Assembly: GCA_049520575.1 (NCBI GenBank)
Contig: JBEKPQ010000001.1
Coordinates: 20,333 to 84,332 of the forward strand
Direction of reading: 5' to 3'
DNA length: 64,000 nt
From: Thermodesulfobacteriota bacterium
GTDB taxonomy: Bacteria > Desulfobacterota > RBG-13-43-22
A program made the position numbers and the translations under genes. Under the pieces are notes generated by a model, which did no database searches, was not told where the DNA came from, and saw nothing but the letters and a program-made list of their open reading frames with translations. Positions within the stretch are counted from its first letter, which is position 1. Each line of letters starts with the position of its first letter. Shown here piece by piece: positions 18,736-28,995 of the stretch.

Positions 18736-20148
18736 ATGGCCGAAGAAATAAAAAAGAAAGAAAAAACACCCAGGCAGAAAATGCCGGAGCAAGATCCAAA
18801 GGTCAGGGCCAGGAATTTTGATGAGGTCCCCCTGGGGTATTCCCCGGAGACGGCTCAGTTGGAAGCCAGTCGCTGCCTGCAGTGTAAGAAGCCTACCTGT
18901 GTCGAAGGATGCCCTGTTCAGATAGACATTCCGGGATTCATCAGGCCTATCAAAGAAGGGGACTTTTCTGGGGCGATTATGAAGCTTTGGGAAAAGACCA
19001 GCCTGCCGGCCGTCTGTGGCCGGGTCTGCCCGCAGGAAAGCCAATGTGAGGCCTTATGTATACTGGGCAAAAAGGAAGAACCGGTATCCGTCGGACGTCT
19101 GGAACGCTTTGCCGCCGACCGACAGCGGACCCAGGGGGAATTCAAACTCCCTCAAAAAGCAGCGCCAACAGGAAAAAAGGTGGCCGTAATAGGCTCCGGG
19201 CCATCGGGTCTTACAGTGGCCGGAGACCTGATCCTTAAAGGACATGATGTTACCATCTTCGAGGCCTTTCATAAAACCGGCGGGGTCTTGATCTATGGGA
19301 TCCCGGAATTCCGTCTCCCCAAGGCCATTGTTCAAGCCGAAGTAGATATCCTGGAAAAACTGGGGGCCAAGATCGTCTGCAATGCCGTCATCGGCCGGAC
19401 TTCGACCATTGACGAACTTTTCACCGAGGGTTTTGATGCCGTCTACATCGGTGTCGGTGCCGGACTTCCGGTATTTATGAATATCCCGGGCGAGAACTTG
19501 ATCGGTATCTATTCAGCCAATGAATATCTGACCCGGTCCAATTTAATGAAGGCCTATAAGTTTCCCGAATACGACACCCCGATTGTCCTGGGGAAAAATG
19601 TGGTTGTTTTGGGGGCGGGCAATGTGGCCATGGATTCGGCCCGGACCGCCTTGCGGCTGGGCGCGGACAGTGTAAAGATCGTTTATCGCCGTTCCCGGGA
19701 TGAAATGCCCGCCAGGAAGGAAGAGATCCACCATGCTGAGGAAGAAGGAGTGGAATTGCACCTTCTGACCAATCCCACCCGCTTTTTTGGAAATGATCAA
19801 GGCCGAGTGGTGGCCATGGAATGTATTAAAATGGAACTGGGCGAGCCCGATGATTCAGGTCGAAGAAGACCCATTCCCATCAAAGGTTCGGAATTCACCA
19901 TGGAAACCGATCTGGTGGTCATAGCCATCGGGGCCGGGGCCAACCCTTTAATAACGGCAATGACTCCAGGGTTGCAAACCAACAAGAGGGGCTATATCGT
20001 GGCTGATCCCAAGACCGGAAAAACCTATAAGAAAGGGGTCTGGGCCGGAGGGGATATCGTAACCGGATCGGCCACGGTCATCCTGGCCATGGGGGCCGGC
20101 CGTATTGCCGCCAACTCCATTCATGAGTATTTGATGATAGGATGGTGA
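18736..20148 (+). CDS. nfnB: Transhydrogenase large subunit NfnB (GltD-like)
   Basis: RCLQCKKPTCVEGCPV, CGRVCPQESQCE, GSGPSG, YGIPEFRLP, GAGNVAMD, AGGDIVTG. Confidence 0.88.
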   Translation: MAEEIKKKEKTPRQKMPEQDPKVRARNFDEVPLGYSPETAQLEASRCLQCKKPTCVEGCPVQIDIPGFIRPIKEGDFSGAIMKLWEKTSLPAVCGRVCPQESQCEALCILGKKEEPVSVGRLERFAADRQRTQGEFKLPQKAAPTGKKVAVIGSGPSGLTVAGDLILKGHDVTIFEAFHKTGGVLIYGIPEFRLPKAIVQAEVDILEKLGAKIVCNAVIGRTSTIDELFTEGFDAVYIGVGAGLPVFMNIPGENLIGIYSANEYLTRSNLMKAYKFPEYDTPIVLGKNVVVLGAGNVAMDSARTALRLGADSVKIVYRRSRDEMPARKEEIHHAEEEGVELHLLTNPTRFFGNDQGRVVAMECIKMELGEPDDSGRRRPIPIKGSEFTMETDLVVIAIGAGANPLITAMTPGLQTNKRGYIVADPKTGKTYKKGVWAGGDIVTGSATVILAMGAGRIAANSIHEYLMIGW

Positions 20149-20212
20149 TTAAACCTATTACGGGTTTCGGGTTAAAATTGTTTTGGCTCGCAACTCGCAA
20201 CTCGCAACTCTT

Positions 20213-20986
20213 ATGATTGACGTTCAAAGCCAAAAAGACGACAGACAAATCCCGATCGATAAAGTCGGGGTAAAAAATATACGTTACCCCATAACGGTCC
20301 GGGATAAAGAAAACGGTTATCAACAAACCGTCGCCAGTATCAATTTATATGTCAATCTTCCCCATGATCACAAGGGGACTCACATGAGCCGCTTTATCGA
20401 GGTCTTAAGTGAGTTTCGTCGTGAAGTTACTCTTGAAAATCTGGATATCATTTTGGAGGAACTTAAAAAACGGTTGAATGCTGAATCAGCTCATTTAGAG
20501 ATTACCTTCCCTTATTTTGTCACTAAAAGAGCCCCGGTGACCCAGGCGGAAGGATTAATGGAATACATTTGCATCTTCAAAGCCTCAACGAAGCGAAGCA
20601 AAGGAAGGGATTTAGTCGTTGAATTGAAGATTCCCATTGCCACGGTCTGCCCCTGTTCCAAAGAGATCAGTGAGTATGGTGCGCACAATCAAAGGGCCGA
20701 GGTTCGGGTGAACCTGAGGTTCAAGAAATTCATCTGGATCGAAGATATTGTCCGTTTGGTTGAAGAGTCCGGCTCTTCGGAGGTTTTTTCTGTTTTAAAG
20801 CGTGAAGACGAAAAATTCGTGACTGAAAAAAGTTTTGAAAACCCTATGTTTGCCGAAGATGTAGTCCGTGAAGTTGCCAGGAAGCTGGAGTCCGATCCGA
20901 ATATCACCTGGTTCTCCGTGGATTCGGAGAATTTCGAATCTATCCATAACCACAGCGCTTATGCCTATATTGAACGGCAAAAATAA
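20213..20986 (+). CDS. folE2: GTP cyclohydrolase IB
   Basis: DVQ...D.R.IPIDKVGV, KGTHMSRF, CPCSKEIS..GAHNQR, ESIHNH. Confidence 0.95.
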   Translation: MIDVQSQKDDRQIPIDKVGVKNIRYPITVRDKENGYQQTVASINLYVNLPHDHKGTHMSRFIEVLSEFRREVTLENLDIILEELKKRLNAESAHLEITFPYFVTKRAPVTQAEGLMEYICIFKASTKRSKGRDLVVELKIPIATVCPCSKEISEYGAHNQRAEVRVNLRFKKFIWIEDIVRLVEESGSSEVFSVLKREDEKFVTEKSFENPMFAEDVVREVARKLESDPNITWFSVDSENFESIHNHSAYAYIERQK

Positions 20987-20989
20987 TTT

Positions 20990-21087
20990 GGCTCAAAGCT
21001 CAAGGCTCAAAGCTGAAAGGTAAAATCTAAAAAGATAGTTTTCAATTTTTGTTTTTCCTTTGAACTTTCAGCTTTGAGCTTTTAGCA
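20990..21087. repeat. Inverted 7-mer array (GCTCAAA / TTTGAGC arms)
   Basis: gctcaaagctcaaggctcaaagctgaaagg ... ctttgaactttcagctttgagcttttagc. Confidence 0.8.
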
Positions 21088-21103
21088 ATTTTTTGGAGTT
21101 TTT

Positions 21104-22393
21104 ATGGACGACCTAAAAAAAATGTACCGGATGGTTATGGCTGACCATTTTCCTTTGACATTGACCATCACCCTGGGGGACCAATCCCTGGTTTACCGCA
21201 AAAGAACCTGGAAGCTCCCCCAGGCAGATGGGGTCCTGGAAGAAAAGGGACTGCGCTACGGGGAAAACCCGGGACAGGAAGCGGCCCTGTATGAATTAGT
21301 CAATGGAAATCTCGTCCTGGGGGAATGTCAATTCGTTCGGCCGGGCTTGGGGATGGTTTCAGCCATAACCGAGGCCGAAATGATTCAAGAAGGAAAACAT
21401 CCCGGCAAGACCAATCTGACCGATGTGGATAATGCCTTGAACATTCTCAAATTCCTTTCAGCCAAACCAGCAGCCGTGATCGTTAAACACAATAACCCTT
21501 GCGGGGTCGCCAATGGCACCGGATTATCAGAAGCCTACCTTCGAGCCTACCGGGCCGACCGGATCGCCGCCTTTGGTGGAGCGGCTGTTTTCAATCGCCC
21601 TATGGACAAAACCACTGCTGAATTAATTTCTAAGAATTATCTGGAAGTCGTGGCTGGCCCGGATTTTGAAGAAGGGACGATTCCCATTTTAGCCAAGCGC
21701 GGGAATTTAAGGATACTTAGGGTGCCCCGAATGGGCCTTTTAGAAAACCTTCGTCAGGTTCGGTTTATAGATTTTAAAGGTCTGCAGGACGGAGGTCTGA
21801 TCCTCCAGCAATCACCAATTAATGCCATTCAAAAGAAAGAGGATTTTATACCGGCGGTTTGTACCTATCAGGGCCGTGAATACCGCATTTCGCGACAACC
21901 GACGGAAAAAGAATTGGAGGACATGTATTTCGGATGGTCCGTGGAACAGGGGGTCACCTCCAACTCCGTCCTCTATGTCAAGGATGAATGTACGGTAGGG
22001 ATCGGTACCGGAGAACAGGATCGGGTGGGGGTGGCCGAGATTGCGGTTTATAAGGCCTACACCAAATATGCCGATGCCCTTTGCTTTGACCGGTATGGAC
22101 TTTCTTATAAAGAATTGGAATTAGAAATCGAGCAAGGCAAGAGGAAGGTTGGGGAAAAAGAAGAGATCGATCAAAAGACCAAAGAAGACAAGGCCGGTCT
22201 ACCCAGGTCAGTGATGATTTCCGATGCCTTCTTCCCTTTCCGCGACGGGGTGGAAGTGGGCCTGCACCAAGGGGTAACGGCCGTGGTTCAGCCCGGGGGA
22301 TCCATAAGGGATTTTGAGGTGATTGAAGCCTGCAACCAGGCCGTTCCGCCGGCGGCCATGGTTTTTACCGGCCAGAGGGCGTTTAAACACTAG
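21104..22393 (+). CDS. AICAR transformylase domain of a split PurH
   Basis: LRYGENP.Q.AALY, VKHNNPCG, AFGG, SDAFFPFRDG, QPGGSIRD; no IMPCH domain. Confidence 0.88.
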   Translation: MDDLKKMYRMVMADHFPLTLTITLGDQSLVYRKRTWKLPQADGVLEEKGLRYGENPGQEAALYELVNGNLVLGECQFVRPGLGMVSAITEAEMIQEGKHPGKTNLTDVDNALNILKFLSAKPAAVIVKHNNPCGVANGTGLSEAYLRAYRADRIAAFGGAAVFNRPMDKTTAELISKNYLEVVAGPDFEEGTIPILAKRGNLRILRVPRMGLLENLRQVRFIDFKGLQDGGLILQQSPINAIQKKEDFIPAVCTYQGREYRISRQPTEKELEDMYFGWSVEQGVTSNSVLYVKDECTVGIGTGEQDRVGVAEIAVYKAYTKYADALCFDRYGLSYKELELEIEQGKRKVGEKEEIDQKTKEDKAGLPRSVMISDAFFPFRDGVEVGLHQGVTAVVQPGGSIRDFEVIEACNQAVPPAAMVFTGQRAFKH

Positions 22394-22419
22394 CCCAAGA
22401 TACTTGAAATTTGTCTGTT

Positions 22420-22525
22420 ACGAGTTCCGGGTTTCGGGTTAAAAAATCAAATCCTTTTAAAAAAACCATAACCCGCGACGAGTAACTCGAAACTCGCCAC
22501 ACAAAACTCAAAACTCGAAACTAAA
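22420..22525. repeat. Inverted 7-mer array (CGGGTTT / AACTCGA arms); related copy at 20161-20211
   Basis: cgagttccgggtttcgggtt ... aactcgaaactcgccacacaaaactcaaaactcgaaact. Confidence 0.7.
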
Positions 22526-22572
22526 ATGAAGCAAGAAAAAACCCATCAAAAATAAAAGTGTTTTAGGCGACC

Positions 22573-23334
22573 ATGCGCATTGCAAGTTTTGGCGACCTCC
22601 ACCTGGGCCATATCCCGGTCTTAGATAAATTCCAGGGAAAAGAAGAAGGTCTGCTCAGGTTTGATGACCATCTTTCCCGGACCCATGACCGGATTATATT
22701 AATGGGTGATATCTATCAAACCGATTACGGCACCTTTCCTGGTTCCCGATCCGATGTTCTGGAAGCTATCTTAAATCGCTATTCCCGTATTGTCCAACGC
22801 TGGGGGTCTTCCCACTACGACAGTATTTTTGGAAATCACGATCAGATCACTCAAAAACTTTTAGGCACCTTGGAACAGATCCGTATGAAAAAGGACGGCT
22901 GGCGGATATGTTTTATCCACGGTCATCAATTCGATCCCTTCATCGGTGAAAAAGGACGGTTACCTTATCTCATCACCTGGATAATCGGCGGCATGCGGCG
23001 GAAGGGCTTAAGTCGGCTGGCTGATTTTTTGGAAGGGCCGTTTTATGACTTTGGACAGCGGATCTTTGAAAAGCTGGATATGGCCGCCCGACAGGCCTTA
23101 ATCCATGGGAAAAGTAATATTATCGTCATGGGCCACTCCCATCAGATGACCTGCCGTCCATTCGGAAAGGGGATCTATGTCAATTCCGGGGCCTGTTCCA
23201 GTGCTTATATGCGTTACGTGTCTATTAATACGGCTACGCGGGTAGTCGAAGTGCGGGCCTTTAAACCGCCCAATGAATATCTACTCTTATTAAGATGGCA
23301 GGACATTCCTATTTTTCCAAAACATTTCGAATAG
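22573..23334 (+). CDS. Calcineurin-like metallophosphoesterase
   Basis: DLHLG, GDIY, GNHD, HGH, GHSH motifs. Confidence 0.85.
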   Translation: MRIASFGDLHLGHIPVLDKFQGKEEGLLRFDDHLSRTHDRIILMGDIYQTDYGTFPGSRSDVLEAILNRYSRIVQRWGSSHYDSIFGNHDQITQKLLGTLEQIRMKKDGWRICFIHGHQFDPFIGEKGRLPYLITWIIGGMRRKGLSRLADFLEGPFYDFGQRIFEKLDMAARQALIHGKSNIIVMGHSHQMTCRPFGKGIYVNSGACSSAYMRYVSINTATRVVEVRAFKPPNEYLLLLRWQDIPIFPKHFE

Positions 23335-24053
23335 CCTGGGTTACATCGCCCATGGATTTTATTCCTCCAAAGTGGAAGGCCGTTTGTTGCAGCCAGCTTT
23401 TTCCTGAAACCGTCAAGGTATAGGTGTGCAGAGTGTAATTTGAATTTCCGGGAAAAGGCTCGAACTGATGCGAACCCAAATTAACGGCCAGATCGTTTTG
23501 GCAAGGTTTTTTTCTTAAATCCTGACAGGCCGGCAAGTGTCCCGGATTATCCACCAGGGTCCAGAAACTGCGAAACTGTTGTTTTGCGGGCTCCGGAAGA
23601 TGGGCGATACGAAGCAGCTAACGGGTGCTGATATCACCCTGAGCCGGGTCCAAAAATCCACCGCCTCGACACCGATATGCTCTCCCTCCAATTGAAAAGA
23701 CCTGACCACCTTGCTTTCCTTTGTACAGGGCATCAGATTGATATATTGATTATAGTTGCGGACCATTTAAAGCAATCTTCGGCCTTAGCTTTAATCAAGC
23801 CCATGCTTTGGGCGGTTATGGTGTTGCTATCCCACTTTTTAATTTCACACAGGATTTCTCCCTGTTCGAGCTTGGCCTTGTCAGGTGCGGAAATGAGTCT
23901 TAAAAAGGCCTGATCCCAGCGAATCGGCATGACATTGGTCTTTCCATCGGCCTTCAGGCCCGTGTGATCGGCTCCGAATCCGGATGTGCCGAGTGAGATC
24001 CAGACAAGAATGATGATGACAGATAAGATCCAATTTTTTATTAAGTTGCTCAA
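23309..24053 (-). pseudogene. Exported START/SRPBCC-like protein, disrupted
   Basis: Signal peptide; three collinear ORF pieces joined by two frameshifts and one in-frame TAG; 'VRNYNQY...MP.TKESKVV' resembles SRPBCC folds. Confidence 0.6.
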
Positions 24054-24510
24054 GAATTTTCCACCCAGGCTGATATAAAAATATTCCTTTAACAGTTTTT
24101 AATTTCCCGCAGTCCCAATTTATCTTTCTAATAAGTACAATTCAATCTATTTTTATCCTTGGCAGATGGAGAAATCTTTGGCCTATTATACCTGAACTGG
24201 GGGGTATGATTTTAAAATTAAATTTTCAATCTTTTATTTTTATGCAGGAAAGGGACATATAGTCCCGGCTGTCCAGGCCATCAATGCAGGAGAGAATTTC
24301 CAGATTTGAGAGGACAAGAATCGAATAGCTATAGCGAGGTTTATTGAGACACCATAAGCCAAAGAGATAAAAACAGATAAGCCTCAACCAATGTGGTAGT
24401 AACCAACTCTCCACTTTCTCCCTTTCATTAATTTGTTAAATTAATTGCTTTTCGCAATAAAAAGTGATAAATTGATTATCAATATTCTATTTTGGAAGGG
24501 GGAATTCCTT

Positions 24511-24900
24511 TTGGATTGGAATTGGATAAGTTTGGGATTTTTGGTTGTGACAGCGGTGGTTGCCTTTTTTCTTATCAGGACCCTGATACAGATTTCCCGA
24601 ACAGTACGTAACCTGGAAACCTTTTTGAATTCCCTGGAAAAAGAGATTACCCCCATGGTCCGAAACCTTAAAGAAACCTCGGAAAGTACCAATCGTATCC
24701 TGTCTCAGACCCAGGAACGGTTGAATCAATTAGAGGGCCTGTTTCAGACCTTAAAGGAATCGGCACGGGTCTTTTCCGCTATTAATCGGATCATAGGCAG
24801 AGGGATCAATCCAACCTTATTGAATCTGGCCGGTTTGGCAGTCGGTGCTAAAACCGCCGGGAAATTCCTGTTTAGACGAAAAGCAAAAGGAGGAAAATAA
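24511..24900 (+). CDS. DUF948 (YoxC-like) membrane-anchored coiled-coil protein
   Basis: N-terminal TM plus coiled coil, directly upstream of a YtxH gene; TTG start after a G-rich RBS. Confidence 0.72.
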   Translation: MDWNWISLGFLVVTAVVAFFLIRTLIQISRTVRNLETFLNSLEKEITPMVRNLKETSESTNRILSQTQERLNQLEGLFQTLKESARVFSAINRIIGRGINPTLLNLAGLAVGAKTAGKFLFRRKAKGGK

Positions 24901-24901
24901 T

Positions 24902-25219
24902 ATGGCCGAAGAAAACAAAGGTTTTGCCGGAAGTGCTGTTGTTTTATCTTTTATCTTAGGTGGAGTGGTTGGAGCCGCCCTGGCTATCCTCTATGCCCCC
25001 TGGGAAGGGACTCAGGCCCGGGGAAAGCTGAAGGACTTGACCGAGGAGATGAAGGAAAAATCAGGCCACCTGTCCGAAGAATGGAAAGAAAAGGCAGCCA
25101 CTTTTATTGAAAAAGGGAAGGAATTTGTTGAACAGAAAAAGGGTATGCTTTCCTCGGCCTTTGATGCCGGCAAGGAGGCCATGAGAAAAGAAAAAGAGGA
25201 AATATCCCAATCCGAATAG
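24902..25219 (+). CDS. YtxH-domain protein
   Basis: FILGGVVGAALAILYAP.EG...R.KL; AGGAGG RBS. Confidence 0.88.
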   Translation: MAEENKGFAGSAVVLSFILGGVVGAALAILYAPWEGTQARGKLKDLTEEMKEKSGHLSEEWKEKAATFIEKGKEFVEQKKGMLSSAFDAGKEAMRKEKEEISQSE

Positions 25220-25230
25220 AACCAAAACCC

Positions 25231-25443
25231 TTATTCTTTCTTTACATCATCCCACTGCTCGGGCAAGGGTTGAGGGCCCGGTATGATACCTGCTATGTCC
25301 GGGTCTTCATCGCCTGTTTTCAGAGATGGGGCGGAGTCCGTTGTTTTGGATTGATGGCGGCGGGCTTCTTTATCTCTTTGCTTTGCCTGCCGGGCCTTTT
25401 CCTTTTCCATTTTCCTGAAAGTGGCTTTTGATTTATTAGTCAT
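25231..25443 (-). CDS. Small hypothetical protein (basic N-terminus, EDPDIAGI.PGPQP)
   Basis: Clean ORF with AAGGA RBS, downstream of fabH. Confidence 0.6.
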   Translation of the reverse strand: MTNKSKATFRKMEKEKARQAKQRDKEARRHQSKTTDSAPSLKTGDEDPDIAGIIPGPQPLPEQWDDVKKE

Positions 25444-25463
25444 TGATTAATTCCTTTTTCACT

Positions 25464-26525
25464 TTAAGGCATTTTATAGACCATAGCATTACTGTTCATA
25501 CCCGCCCCCACCGATGAAAAAACAACAATGTCTCCTGAATGAAGTATGTGGTTGTTCAGCGTTCCTTTCTGCAAAAGATCAAACAGGGTGGGCAAGGTAG
25601 CTACCGAGCTATTACCCAGCCAGGAAATCGTCATGGGCATTATGTCTTCCAGTTTTTTTTCTGTTTGATATAAGTTAAATAATCTTTTTAAGATCGCTTC
25701 ATCCATTTTTTGATTGGCCTGGTGTATCAAAACTTTCTTAACGTCGGACAAGGAAAGGCCGGCTTTATCAAGACTTTGTTTTACGACTTCGGCGACGGTT
25801 CGGACGGCATATTTGAAGATCTCGTGACCGTCCATCTTGAGAAACAGCCGGCTCCCGTAAGCATCAGGATGATAAGATTTCCCAAGCCGCAAAAGATAGG
25901 TTTCGTTAAAGGTGTCGGACCGGGAGATATGGGAAAGGATTCCCACCTCCCTGTCGGTGGCTTCAACCAAGACGGCACCGGCTCCATCGGAATAGATCAT
26001 ACTGTCTATGTCGTGGGGATCTGAAATCCTTGACAGGGTCTCAGCCCCGATCACCAGTATCTTTTTGGCCTCACCCGATTTGATATAATAATCGGCCTGG
26101 ATCATCCCCTGCAGCCACCCGGGACAGCCGAAGAGGACATCGTAGCCCACGGTATAAGGATTCTTTATCCTCAGGTTATGCTTCACCCTGGAAGCGAGGG
26201 AAGGGACCATATCGGATCTGGGGTTATCGGCCCTCAAATCTCCAAAATTATGTCCGACGATGATGTAATCCAGACTTTCCCGGTCCACACCTTCCAGTGC
26301 CCGTTCGGCGGCAATGGAGGCTATATCCGATGTGTTAAGTTCATCGGTCACATATCTTCTTTCATTGATACAGGTAATTTCCTTGAATTTTTGGACAATA
26401 TCCGCACTGGATTTTGGATTCTTTTTCCCGTCGGCCCCCAGGAATTCATGGTCCAGGAAATAAGTATTTTCAATATTTCGAGTCGGAATATAACTGCCTG
26501 TCCCGGTGATTATCGAATTCGGCAT
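25464..26525 (-). CDS. fabH: 3-oxoacyl-ACP synthase III family protein
   Basis: GTGSYIP, catalytic GCPG, DGAGA, HQAN, GNSS. Confidence 0.88.
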   Translation of the reverse strand: MPNSIITGTGSYIPTRNIENTYFLDHEFLGADGKKNPKSSADIVQKFKEITCINERRYVTDELNTSDIASIAAERALEGVDRESLDYIIVGHNFGDLRADNPRSDMVPSLASRVKHNLRIKNPYTVGYDVLFGCPGWLQGMIQADYYIKSGEAKKILVIGAETLSRISDPHDIDSMIYSDGAGAVLVEATDREVGILSHISRSDTFNETYLLRLGKSYHPDAYGSRLFLKMDGHEIFKYAVRTVAEVVKQSLDKAGLSLSDVKKVLIHQANQKMDEAILKRLFNLYQTEKKLEDIMPMTISWLGNSSVATLPTLFDLLQKGTLNNHILHSGDIVVFSSVGAGMNSNAMVYKMP

Positions 26526-26925
26526 AAAGAAATCAAATGACTCCTCGAAAATGAGTAAATATTCTTCTATAACACAAGGGATAGTCAGAGTAAAGGAGAA
26601 AAATGAAAAGTTATTAGGGAGAAGGTTCGAGCTGCAAAGGGCAGGGCGGAAGCCAAAAAAAATTGATAAAATCGAGGTCGGCTCCTATTTTCTGGCCCAT
26701 GAAAGATTGGAACCCGGACCCAATTTATTCTTGAAGAGCGAGAAGGAAAAAACCAGTAGAGATTGAATATCTTCCACCCCGAACCCATAATTTTCTTGGC
26801 ATCGTTTCATTTTGAAAAAATCAAAAGAGTTCGAAACGTAGTCGATATTTTTGTTTGTGGAAGCAGGAAGAAGGGCTAAATCCCATTTCCCAAAAGAGAG
26901 GCGCGGAAGGGGCGAAATTCCTTTC

Positions 26926-27735
26926 TCAATGCTTGTGAAATAAGAAATGAGAATGTCTGTGCTTATGGATTGCTTGACCATGATAGTGAACGTGTTCGTG
27001 AATGAGGTTTGCATTTAGCAGTAAATCTTCATCTTTCAGTATTTCGTCAGAAGAGCCGATCTTCACCATCCTGTGTTCTTCAGACAGAAGGGCGACCTGC
27101 ATATGCAATTCATCGACCAGCGAAAGGTCATGTGTGGCCATCACCAGAGTCTTACCGGCATCGCTTAGGGCCAGCATCAACTCGACGAGAAAAACCTGAG
27201 TCCTCGGGTCAAGGCCAGTTGTCGGCTCATCAAGAAGCAATATCTCCGGATTCATCGTGAGAATCGAACCAATGGTGACCCTCTTTTTCTCCCCCCCGGA
27301 AAGCATGTAGGAAGGCCTGTCCTTCAGATTCTCAATGTTCAGAATCTGCATCACCTCGAAAGCCCTATTCACTGCCTCTTTTTCTTCGATCCCCAACTGG
27401 AGAGGACCATAAAGAAGCTCATCCAGAACGGTCGGACAGAACAATTGCACGTCGGAATCCTGGAAAACATAGCCCACCCGCTCCCTGAAAAACCGCAAAA
27501 ATCCTTTATCTTTTAATGTCTCTTCTGATACCTCATTTCCTCTGAAAAAATATTTTCCCCTGGATTGATTTATGAGGCCGTTCATGATCTGCAAAAGTGT
27601 TGACTTTCCGCTCCCGTTCGCGCCGATAATGGCAAATCTCTCTCCCTCGCCAATTGAAAGACCGATATCACACACGGCCGGAATCCTGTCGTAATAGCTG
27701 TAGCTTATCCCTTCAAGGCATATAATGTCTTTCAC
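26926..27735 (-). CDS. cbiO: ECF transporter ATPase NikO/CbiO with His-rich tail
   Basis: GANGSGKS, VFQDSD.QLF, LSGGEKKR, LDEPT.GLDP; GTG start after GAGGTG. Confidence 0.9.
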   Translation of the reverse strand: MKDIICLEGISYSYYDRIPAVCDIGLSIGEGERFAIIGANGSGKSTLLQIMNGLINQSRGKYFFRGNEVSEETLKDKGFLRFFRERVGYVFQDSDVQLFCPTVLDELLYGPLQLGIEEKEAVNRAFEVMQILNIENLKDRPSYMLSGGEKKRVTIGSILTMNPEILLLDEPTTGLDPRTQVFLVELMLALSDAGKTLVMATHDLSLVDELHMQVALLSEEHRMVKIGSSDEILKDEDLLLNANLIHEHVHYHGQAIHKHRHSHFLFHKH

Positions 27736-27742
27736 AATCACC

Positions 27743-28669
27743 TCACATCCATAGAAATAGAACCCCAACCAGAAAAAGGACAGCCCCCGCAATCCAATCA
27801 CGTGCCTGGAGCTTCTTGACCCCGTAAATCTTTATGTTGTTCGAATAGCCCCTGCCGAGCATGGCCTTGAAAATCTCCTCACACCTCAGCCGGCTTTTTT
27901 CGAACATGAAGGCCAGCCTTCCCGCGATCCATCGCCTAGCCTCTGCATTACTCACTTTCCCAGCCAATCTGCTTTTCTTGGCCAAGTGCATATCTTCAAT
28001 CGTATTGGCGAAAATGAACACATACTTATAAGAAAGGGTCAAGATCATAAGAAAGCTGTCTGGAACCTTCAACACCTTAAGAGCTTTTATGATCTCGGTG
28101 AAGGACGTTGTATACAAAACAAAGAATGAAAGGGCTAGAGAGTTCATAACCCTCAAGGTGAGCATCAGAACGCCAGCTATCCCTTCCCTGGTAAGGCCGA
28201 TCTCTTCAGGTATCTGATATATCCATAAGCGATGGGATTTTGTAAAATGCAGTATCGGGAGAACGATCTCGCCTTTGGTAATGATGCTGAGAGCGGAGGG
28301 AAGGGCGATGCAAAAACCGAAGAGGAAGGTAAAGAAGAGGGCGCGCTTATAAAGGTTGAAAATATCCAGGCGTGATAGCAACGTCAATATGAAAACAAAG
28401 GCCCCAATCAAGAATTCCGATGGAATGTCTTTTTTTACGCTCACGATAATTATATAATAAAGGAGGAAGAGGACTTTTACCCTGGCGTCGATCTTCTGAA
28501 AGAAATGATCACTCGAAACCATTCCTCCCTGGACATACCCGGTCTTGATGACCTCTGCCAGCTGATGAATGCCCTTGTCGATGAAAGAACTTTTCAGTGA
28601 GCCCTTCCCCCGAATAAAAGAATTAGAGGAGGGCCTTTCCAGCAGGAATGAGGGGATCTTATTTTTCAT
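27743..28669 (-). CDS. cbiQ: ECF transmembrane T component NikQ/CbiQ
   Basis: IDARVK, LKVP, AK.SR and AM..RGY motifs. Confidence 0.88.
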   Translation of the reverse strand: MKNKIPSFLLERPSSNSFIRGKGSLKSSFIDKGIHQLAEVIKTGYVQGGMVSSDHFFQKIDARVKVLFLLYYIIIVSVKKDIPSEFLIGAFVFILTLLSRLDIFNLYKRALFFTFLFGFCIALPSALSIITKGEIVLPILHFTKSHRLWIYQIPEEIGLTREGIAGVLMLTLRVMNSLALSFFVLYTTSFTEIIKALKVLKVPDSFLMILTLSYKYVFIFANTIEDMHLAKKSRLAGKVSNAEARRWIAGRLAFMFEKSRLRCEEIFKAMLGRGYSNNIKIYGVKKLQARDWIAGAVLFLVGVLFLWM

Positions 28670-28994
28670 TCCTTACGATCAATTTGGAAATCACGTACAT
28701 AACAAGACAGACGATCAGGATCCCAATTAGCCCTGAAACTATATACGATAATACCTGAACAATCAGGGAAGACCCTTCTCCACCGAAGTTATAGTCCGGG
28801 ACCGGTGCTTTCCAGAGGTCGGTCAGTCTTTTTAATCCTTGCGGTACATAACCGACAAGTTTTTGAAGTTCCTCCGGTCCCCATTCACCCCAAGCTCCCC
28901 CGGCTTTGAATTTTTCGGGGAGGATGATCCCCAAAGGGGAAAGCAGCGTTATAATAAGCAGGCCTATCCAGAGTTTCTTCTGGGACTTTGTCAT
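28659..28994 (-). CDS. PDGLE-domain accessory protein (NikN-like)
   Basis: LSPLG...AWGEWG, W.APVPDY, SGLIG. Confidence 0.82.
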   Translation of the reverse strand: MTKSQKKLWIGLLIITLLSPLGIILPEKFKAGGAWGEWGPEELQKLVGYVPQGLKRLTDLWKAPVPDYNFGGEGSSLIVQVLSYIVSGLIGILIVCLVMYVISKLIVRNEK

Positions 28995-28995
28995 T

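Noticed and set aside
18736-20148. Glutamate synthase small subunit
   Set aside because: No gltB nearby and it is paired with an NfnA-type gene, so NfnB is the better call
24226-24414. 62-aa minus-strand ORF
   Set aside because: No recognisable family or clear RBS; cannot be supported
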